A stretch of DNA of 64,000 nt from Macrostomum lignano. Taxonomy: Eukaryota. Position numbers and translations under genes: made by a program. How positions within the stretch are numbered: position 1 is the first letter of the stretch; the number at the start of each line of letters is the position of its first letter. The notes under the pieces were generated by a model. It was not told the origin of the DNA. It ran no database searches and worked only from the letters and a program-made list of their open reading frames with translations. Location: NCBI GenBank assembly GCA_002269645.1, contig NIVC01002690.1:1-64000 (forward strand). The letters run 5' to 3'. Below are positions 1 through 9,900 of this stretch, in pieces.

Positions 1-69
1 CAGACAGAAAAATACTGAGACAGACAGACAGACCGACACAGACAGACAGACAAACAGAGACAGACAGAA

Positions 70-118
<49 letters not shown>

Positions 119-121
119 TAA

Positions 122-191
<70 letters not shown>

Positions 192-627
192 ACAGACAGA
201 CAGATAAACAGACAGACAGACAGACAGACAGAAACAGACAGACAGGCAGACAGACAGGCAGACAGACAGAAACAGACAGACAGGCAGACAGACAGAAACA
301 GACAGACAGGCAGACAGACAGAACAGACAGACAGGCAGACAGACAGAAACAGACAGACAGGCAGACAGACAGAAACAGACAGACAGGCAGACAGACAGAC
401 AGGCAGACAGACAGAAACAGACAGACAGGCAGACAGACAGAAACAGACAGACAGGCAGACAGACAGAAACAGACAGACAGGCAGACAGACAGAAACAGAC
501 AGACAGGCAGACAGACAGAAAGACAGAACAGACAGACAGAAACAGACAGACAGGCAGACAGACAGACAGACAGACAGACAGAAACAGACAGGCAGAAAGA
601 CAGAAACAGACAGACAGACAGACAGAA

Positions 628-680
<53 letters not shown>

Positions 681-903
681 AACAGACAGACAGGCAGACA
701 GACAGAAACAGACAGACAGGCAACAGACAGAAACAGACAGACAGGCAGACAGACAGAAACAGACAGACAGGCAGACAGACAGAAACAGACAGACAGACAG
801 ACAGAAACAGACAGACAGGCAGACAGACAGACAGACAGACAGACAGAAACAGACAGACAGGCAGAAAGACAGAAACAGACAGACAGACAGACAGAAGACA
901 GAA

Positions 904-944
<41 letters not shown>

Positions 945-1101
945 AACAGACAGACAGACAGACAGACAGACAGGCAGACAGACAGAAACAGACAGACAGG
1001 CAGACAGAAAGAAACAGACAGACAGGCAGACAGACAGAAACAGACAGACAGGCAGACAGACAGAAACAGACAGACAGGCAGACAGACAGACAGACAGACA
1101 G
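1..1101. repeat. (CAGA)n microsatellite in a TMEM145 intron
   Basis: Directly visible. Confidence 0.98.
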
Positions 1102-1123
1102 GCAAGCATCCCAAGTCACTCAC

Positions 1124-3672
1124 GCTGCGGGCCATGCAGTTGGAGATGACAATGAACCACCAGCGCTCCCTGGCCGACTTGAACTGGTACTCTTGGAGTC
1201 GCAGAGCAGGGCCGTGTTGTTTTCAACCGAACGGCACAGTCCGGAGTCCTTGGACAGCCGGAAGATCTGGTATTTCAGAATTTCCAGGTCGGCCTCCTTC
1301 TGAGTGCAGGACTAAAAAGCAGAAAGAACATTAAATTCAATGCAATTATCAAATTTTCCTATATTTACTTGGAAAATGAAATTCGCATACCAGCTCAGTG
1401 TTGTAGACACTGGTCCACAGGTTTGGCTTGTCCCAGTATAACAGCATGCTTTGTGTCAGGTAAGACTAGGTTGAGAAATTAAACAATGAGATGAGTTAGT
1501 ATATATTACAGACCTCAGTTTCATGGCCAGCATTTGTGGTTTCTAATTCTATTCAAAGCACTCACCACAGGATAACGAATGGTAAACTTCAAGGAGCCCT
1601 TGTCTGGCAGAAAGCAGAATCGCGTAAGGAAATGCCAATTCTGTCAAATTCAGATAGTATTGTCTTATGTTGATTCAAATATAAAGTGTAGAAATCAAGT
1701 TCTCTGGTTAAAATATTTGTTGGAAATTCTCTAGTAAATTGCCAAATAATGAGAGGGAAGAACAGTAAACAGCTGGGTTGGCTTGCAGTCTGTGGGAAAG
1801 TGCAGTTTGGAACTGCAAGCTGCCTGCTTGACTTTTTATCAGGCTGATTGGTTTTATTGTCTATGGCCAAGTGCACTTCTGCAGTAGTGGCTACTGCTGT
1901 AGTGAATGGGATTTTCCAACATTCACAAAAAGTAAAAATATCATATAGCCAAATAGTTTGTTTTGAAGTGTTTTTAACAAAATGCTTGTAAAATATTTTA
2001 TAGTATATTTTTTTAAACTTGATTGATTCCTAAAATTTTCTAAGAAACAAGGTTTCCCATCCTTTTACTTGAATAGTCCTTGTTAGATAGACCTATAGTA
2101 CACTATATTTGAACTACAAATAGAAAATCTAAGTCTAGATTAGGCATAGCATAGGCAGGGATAGCCCACTTTGGTAACAGACACATTGATAATAGAGACT
2201 GATAATAAAGTATATCCAATTCAGTAACAGACTAGTATAGATAATATAGATAAACAAGATAATAATATAGATAAATTACAGAACATTACAATATTATATA
2301 TTTAAAAATGACAAGTTGTAAAGAAGGTAAGGTCAAAAAACCTATTTAGAAATTGAATGTGTTGTATTTGAATTATACAAATTTATATAAGCTAGTCCTT
2401 AGCAAAGCAAATAGTTACTAAGCATAACTAAGATATCCCTTTTATAAAATCTATTTGGCTCTGGTTCTGGCTAGATCCTAAAATAGTACATGTGCATATT
2501 ATTCCTAAAATATTAGGACTCTATTACTGAAGTCACCATACTTTATTACTTAAGTATATTATCAAGTTGTTGGAAACCTTCAAGAATTTTGTTTGCTAAA
2601 CTTGAATTTATGCAAAATTTCATTTCTAATAATAAAACATAACTGGGAATTAACCAATAAATTATGAATGAAAAGTTGACATTGAGTTGAATCTAATAAA
2701 TTAGTTAGGGGGGGGGGGGCTAGTTGCTTGCACTTAGTCCATTCAAGGATAATAGAGCCTAATCCAATATATTATGTTGCCAAACTGCATTTTGTGGGTA
2801 CATCTTGCACCAGAGGAATTATTTGAGATGCAGTTCAAAGAATATAGCATTTGTACCATGCAAGCTCTGGCATAAGCCAAATACCTTCAATAAGATTTAT
2901 ATAAATGGTCACATCTTGTGGGTTCTTTAAGCGTAGTCAGTGGTTCACAACACTGTGATTAGGTAGCTAGTTGTATATTTGCTAGCTATTAGTCAAGATG
3001 TTAATGCCTAGAAGAATATACCTAATGTTAATAGATAATTAGTAGGCCTAGCAAGGTTGCCACAATGCCACAGTTTTATCCCTAATTAACATTATCATGT
3101 GCATTTATAAGTACCATGCTCTATCATTCCTAGCACCCATTGGCCAGGCCAGTATTTACTCTGATAAAATTTTTGGTATATAAAATAGGACTCATCTAAT
3201 TTTATCTCTTAATTAAAGCCTTCTAGTTTAGTTAAATGGTCAATGAGTACTTACGAGTATTAGGCATAGATATCCCTAATGTAATTATGCCAATCAACAT
3301 GTGTTTGTAGGCTAATCAGCATCTGGTGAGCATCTTATCTTTGCTTTATCTCAATAAATCACCAGTAGATGAGCTGGTTTAGCGATGCAGATTGCTAAAT
3401 TGTCTATTACCAAAGGCAAAGTGGGCTATAAATAACTAAAATAGGTCTACTTGATTTATTAACCACTTATAAAACTATGACAATGTATTTTAGATTGTAT
3501 AATACATTTCTAGGCCTAGTCAAGTATTTCTAGTATTCTTAAATAAACTATAATTAATAAACTGAATTTTACTCACAGAATCTGTTTGAAGAACACCACT
3601 GATATGCCTTGCTAAGTAAGATGGCCAAAGAAGGGACAATATTAATAAACTAAATAAATATAAACTAGTCAT
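1124..3672 (-). CDS. TMEM145: TMEM145-like (GOST-family 7TM protein), 5' part. Exons 3577-3672, 1566-1640, 1391-1465, 1124-1311; gene continues beyond the window start
   Basis: Hand-spliced product: [32 protein letters not shown]|[25 protein letters not shown]|[25 protein letters not shown]|[12 protein letters not shown]...CDSK(frameshift)[18 protein letters not shown]. This matches recalled TMEM145 motifs ([25 protein letters not shown]). All introns are GT-AG and phase 0. Exon 4 is 1 nt short. Confidence 0.85.
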
Positions 3673-6053
3673 TGTCTTGAATTCAACTTATTCAAGTATG
3701 GCAGCTATGGCTGTATGGCCAAGCTTAGATAAGGCAGAAACAGTTGTTAAAGTGGCAAGGAAGAGTCCAAAGATTTAAATGGTGACAAGTTTAGTACCAG
3801 TATCAGTATGTACGAGCGTAGTGGTACTATCCTATTGCTATTTGTATTTGATAGCTGGATTTAATTTACACTAGGGCCTACTCAGTCATTATCAGCAGTA
3901 TCATGCAGCACTTTGTTATCGCAGGCGCAGCCTAACTGAAACTGACTGGCTAATTTGAATACCAGAGTTTAAATGTTCAATACCACCTAGCAACTATTTA
4001 TGTTTGTATTCAAATACAAAGTTTAAGGTTTCTGAAGTATAGGCCAATAGTTTTTAGTTAAGTAAAAGTTACAACCTGGAACGGCTTCGGGCCAGCCAGA
4101 AAGCCAGGATGATGTGATTTTTTATGCCCAGTTTCTTTTAAAATACGATTTCAAACTTCACACTAGTTTCAAATAATTAGAAAGTATAACAAAAAATGCA
4201 TGGTAATTACGAGATACAACAGTATATCGTTAGGTTTTTTTAGCTGTCGATTGTTAAGAAAAGCATTTTAGAATCACATAAAGGATCAAAAATTTATTGC
4301 TATCTAGCCTCAATCCAAAAATTACATTTTTACAGCGAAGCAGTAACTACGATTACCCAATACACATGGTATACAGTCCTAAAAACAGCGCTAAATTACT
4401 AAACCCACATTAAATAAACAGCTATGAATATCAATAGAGCTATTAGAAAAGAAAAACCCATCAGAAGCTGAACATTGGCTCTGCGCACCTCCTATCAAAA
4501 GCGATTACATGTATATAATAATGATTTTTGTGCTGAAGAAATCTCTAACTATAAAAATCAAAACTTAAAAATATAAAAAATATATATATAATAATTAAAT
4601 ACGCCTCGCCTCTTTTCGTAATGTAAATTTTTCGGTAGAACCTGCCTCCTAAAATTTTCCAAGAATAGTTCCCCTTCCTACTCAGTTTATTTGTTGCATG
4701 CAGCCTACTAGCCAGAATCAAAATCTGCAGAATCTCCATGGCACAGTTCAGGGAGCTACATTACATGTATATAATTAGGGCGCATACGCGCCACACACTT
4801 TAGTAATTAAATGCACGGATACATGAAAGAAGGGCGGTATGCATGCTATTGTGTGAGTTTTGTTTTGTAATGTGTCGATTGCATGCCTGCTGCACTGCAC
4901 TCATTTTTCACCAATTGTACTTTATGTACTTTACATGTACATCACGTGTATCCCTCTCTGCATGTACATGATGTACATGCATACGTATTTCCTACTCGCC
5001 TGTGTCAGTGTACATGTAAAAAAATTCAAGCCTGCAAGATAACCTTAGATTTTAGCAGCTAGGCAACCTATTACGACTGGCTTGTGTTACCACACTGTGA
5101 TAAAAGTTGAAGCGTTAAATTTTTGGTCAAACAAGTCCGTGGCGGAACGGGCGCATTGCAGTTTGGAATCGTCAAGAATAAATTGATCATCATGAATCAG
5201 CCACAATGACGTCTGCTGATGCACTAATCTGTTGATAGCTGAAATTATTTTTTGCTTGCTGATACGTGTAGCTGGGGCGCCATGGGTTCTAGCTGCGCCA
5301 TTGGTTCAGCTACATGTAAATGTATACTGAAATACATGCAAGTACGTGCATGTATGGCATAAAATACCCAAAGGCGCAAATCTTTTCTAGCACTTACAAT
5401 TCATTATCATTATATCGCGACCACGGGCAGCTAGAACCATGCATGGACTACTAAAGACTCTGGACTGGGAAACAGCCGCACAGAGTCAGTTGGGCCGGCT
5501 TTTGTCGTCAACTGCCGCAGAATCAAGAAGGCAAGCAGGCAGGCACTGCAGGACCCTCTCATCTTCCAGCTCAATTGGTCAATTAGTACCAAAATATAAT
5601 ATTGAAATTAATATTGCTAATTAGACTTCACGACATGCTTGTGATTATCAGTCCAAGTCGTCGGAAGTCCATGACAGAATAATTTCTGCACATCTGCGCC
5701 TCATGGCGGCAGAATTAATGCGGCAAATTCAGTATTGCATAGCATATAACAGTTATTAATAAGCAGTGGGCCCAGCATGCGCGGAATTCATTACCTGCAG
5801 AGACCGCCGGAGCGTGTTGCGAGGAGTTCAAAGCAGCGGCGTGGAGGGCCACAGATCTGTTAATGAGTTTGGCACCGAGCATTCCCGAAAATCGTCTTCA
5901 GCTGGGCTGTGGCCTACAAAATTTCACTTCTTATTTACTGCTCTCTTGTTTTTTCTCTGGCTCCTGTATCAGTCTACAGTATCATTCTGTATCATTCTGT
6001 ATCATGCTCCTGTATCACTCTTAGTTAGAAACTTCTTACTAATCCCCGTCAAA

Positions 6054-6934
6054 CTCTACTTCTCAGTCTCCAGAGGGTCTCACTCTACTTCTCAGTTTCC
6101 AAGAGAGTCTCACTCTATTTTTTAGTCTCCCAGAGAGTCTCACTCTACTTCTCAGTCTCCCAGAGAGTCTCACTCTACTTCTCAGTCTCCCAGACAGTCT
6201 CACTCTACTTCTCAGTCTCCCAGAGAGTCTCACTCTACTTCTCAGTCTCCCAGAGAGTCTTACTTTACTTCTCAGTCTCCCAGACAGTCTTACATTACTT
6301 CTCAGTCTCCCAGACAGTCTCACTCTACTTCTCAGTCTCCTAGAGAGTCTCACTCTACTTCTCAGTCTCCCAGACAGCCTCACTCTACTTTCCAGTCTCC
6401 CATAGAGTCTCACTCTACTTCTCAGTCTCCCAAAGATATCTCACTTTACTTTTCAGTCTCCATAGAGTCTCACTCTACTTCTAAGTCTCAGAGAGTCTCA
6501 CTCCACTACTCAGACTCTCAGACAGTCTCACTTTACTTTTCAGTCTCCCAGAGAGTCTCACTCTACTTCTCAGTCTCCCAGACAGTCTCACTCTACTTCT
6601 CAGTCTCCCAGAGAGTCTTACATTACTTCTCAGTCTCCTAGAGAGTCTCACTCTACTTCTCAGTCTCCCAGACAGCCTCACTCTACTTTCCAGTCTCCCA
6701 TAGAGTCTCACTCTACTTCTCAGTCTCCCAAAGATATCTCACTTTACTTTTCAGTCTCCATAGAGTCTCACTCTACTTCTAAGTCTCAGAGAGTCTCACT
6801 CCACTACTCAGACTCTCAGACAGTCTCACTTTACTTTTCAGTCTCCCAGAGAGTCTCACTCTACTTCTCAGTCTCCCAAAGATATCTCACTTTACTTTTC
6901 AGTCTCCATAGAGTCTCACTCTACTTCTAAGTCT
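6054..6934. repeat. 30-bp minisatellite (ctcagtctcccagagagtctcactctactt), left part, with ~300-bp higher-order structure
   Basis: Directly visible tandem array; source of the (RVRLSGRLRS)n pseudo-ORFs. Confidence 0.95.
6923..6934 (+). repeat. Left copy of 12-bp target-site duplication (right copy 12751-12762)
   Basis: Identical ACTTCTAAGTCT on both sides. The uninterrupted unit (e.g. near 6477) reads ...ctctACTTCTAAGTCTcagagag. Confidence 0.85.
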
Positions 6935-9900
6935 GCCGGGGCTGTTGCCCCCAGGACCCCGGGTCCTGCACGTAATGGCGTGGTGAACTATCTGTGCAGT
7001 ATGAGACTGGTATGGCCTTTATCCCAGCCAGCGATGCTCACACCTGCCTCCCCTGGCGGGCTGATAGCTCAAGAGACTCTGTCTCCTGATTTTCACCTTG
7101 CAAGGCGCACTTCGAAGGGTACTCGTCCCGTGGGTGTTAAGGCAGGCCCCCTTGGGCCCTGCCGAGCTGATTCGTTGGCGCCGGGTCCTGGTGTGACCAT
7201 AAACGCACCCTCTAATGTCCCAGTGTAACTCCGTGCTGATGGACGCTTGGCCAGAGAGTAGTCTGGTCGCTAACGGTTCCCCTTGCGCTTTTGGGTCCCC
7301 CCGCAGGGTGGTATTTTGCTTTTTGGGGGCCTGCCGCTTGGTTTGGGGTTGCGGCCTTGCGGCTCTTTGCCTGTGTTCTGCAGGAAGTCCCACCTTTTTA
7401 CTTCCAGCCAATGGCTTCTAACCGAAGTAACAAACCGGCTGTGGATGACACAGTGCCTCCGGCCTCGGCTGGGGCCGTGGACTCCTCGGCCATACCACCT
7501 GCTACCATCGGGGACGCCTCGGCGAGACCCGTGGAGCCAACTCTGAGCGGTGCCTCCGAGAAGACACCTGCTACTCCAGCTGCTAAGAAACGCAGCACCA
7601 CCTCTGGAGCTGCCCGCCGTCGACTTAACAAGGCGAGGCGGGCCAAGGAGGGCGGAAGCCAAACCGGTGCCAGGGGCCAACGGCCCGCGGCAGCGGAAGC
7701 TTCCCAGTCTGGGGCGGTGGCGGAAGAGGGCCTCGAGCCCACGGAAGCCCCTGCCCAGGATAGGGAGGCCGATGCAGCCAGGAGGGTGGACAGCCCACCT
7801 GAAGAAAGCTCCACTGACCCCCGGGCCTCCTACGCTGATGCGGCAAAGAGGCAACCGGCGGTTGTCATCCTGGGAAAGGACGCGCGCCTGTCTCCCGATC
7901 AGCTGAAGCAGGTGAGAAGTGCCGTTGATGGCCTCCTGTGGAAGCAAACTCTGAAGGGCACGCCTCTGAACATTCATTCGAATGCGACGAGGGACTCGTG
8001 CCTTCTCATTTGGCCCAGTGATGCTGACTCGGGTCGGCGGCTCCTTGAGCTGCTGCCCGAGCAGAGCTGGGACCTCAACCTAGCCTTCTGCAGAGAGGAC
8101 GAGCGCCCCCGGACCAAGAGGCATCGAATCTGGGTCCCGGCCAGGAGCGTTGTTACCTCTGCTGACGAGCTCCGGAAAGGACTGCTAGCAGTCAACCGGG
8201 AGCTTCCCGCCGCGGGCCTAGTGGTGCATGACACCCTTAAGCGCACCGACGGCACTGGCTTCACAGCCATCCTGGGGCTGTCGGACGCCTGGATGAGGCG
8301 TTATCCACACGGCAGCTTCATCAACGTCGGCCTTTGGAAGCTGCGCATCCGCTCCTACGAGGCCGACCCTCCCCGTGGCAGTGAGCAGGGCGGGCGGGAT
8401 GCGGAGGCGGCCGGGGCCGAGGCGCAAGCCTCTGCTCAGACTGCCAAAGCAAACCGCCCTGCCCGGCAGCACGGCCGCGCGGGCAAAGCTGAGCGCGCTG
8501 CTGAGGGCGGAGGCGACCGACGCCCGGCGCGCAGCACCAAGCGGCGCGGCCTGTACCAGCGTGCAGCTGAGGCAGTCCGTACCGCCAAAATCTCCCAGCT
8601 GAGGCGAGAGGTCGCCGGGACGCCTAGGCGCACCAGTTCGTCCAGGGAGGGTGGGGACGTCCCAGCTGGGCCCAACCCCTCGGGGCAGGGCCGACTGGAG
8701 ACGGACCCGCCTGCCCAGGCGGCTGGCTGCTCCAGGGCATTGGGCCAATCTGAGGCGGAGGACCCCATGGATGGTGGGCAAAGGGCGGCGAACGCTGCCT
8801 ACTGCCTTCCGGCCAATCGGGGGCCTTTTGCTGAAGAAGAGCCCATGGACACCGGCGACCCCGACCCGAAGCCGGTGAGCGCCGAGGAGGAGGAGGAACT
8901 CCTGGCGGCTGCAACATCCGATCTGCAATGATGCCAGCGACTACCTGGTGTCTGCAGATCAACACCCAGCACTGCGTGGCGGCGTCGGTCAACCTGATGC
9001 GCACGGCAGAGCAACAGCTTCCGGGCCTGGTCTTCGTACAGGAGCCCTGGATGACTAAAGGTAAGCCAAATAATGTGCCATCTGGCTACCACTGTTTTTG
9101 CATGGCGGGCTCTCAGCCTCGCCCAAGATCTCTGGTCTTTGCTGCAAAAGCTTTTGAGGCATGGATGAGACCTGATCTCTCGACTGGGGACATCTGTGTT
9201 GTTCAAATCAATAACCTCATTCCTAATAATAAACCTGTGCTGGTAGCTTCTGCCTATTTCCCGGGCGATGCCCCAGTTGTCTGCGACGCGTTAGTCAACC
9301 TTACTGACTATGCTGCGTCCCATCGGTTCGAGCTGCTCATTGCAGGGGATGTGAACGCACACCACCTGCATTGGGGCAGCAAGAACATCAATAGCAGAGG
9401 CGAGGAGCTGCTGGCCTATGTCAGCAGCACTAACCTCAACTTCTGTAACGTGGGCAATGCACCAACGTTCAATAATGGGCGGTGGGCCGAAGTCATCGAC
9501 ACCACCATCGCCTCACCCGGACTGCTTTCCGCAGTTACGGGCTGGCGAGTGTGGGACGAGGACTCGCTCTCGGACCACCGCTTTATCCGCTTTTGCATTG
9601 GGCCGACCAAGCAAAAGCCTAAGGTCACTTGGAGTCGGAACGTCAGGAACACCGATTGGGCCGCCTTTGGCTCGAAGCTGAGCCGCGGCCTTCGGGATCT
9701 TGACCCCCCCAGTGACCTCTCTGACTGCCAGATGGTGGACGATCTCGCCTCCTCCCTGGGCGGGGCGATCACCACTGCCTTTGAAGCAGCCTGCCCCCTA
9801 AAGGCCTATAAAGGCAAGAAATCTGCTCCCTGGTGGAACCCAGAGCTCGGGGCCCTTCGGCGCCGAGCCAGGACCCTCCAAAGGCGAGCGCTCAAAACCA

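Noticed and set aside
5794-5915. Minus-strand exon-like segment (tttgtag...CAG|gtaatg) encoding MLGAKLINRSVALHAAAL
   Set aside because: No recognisable homology and no consistent partner exons. It may be a UTR or unknown-gene exon but cannot be supported.
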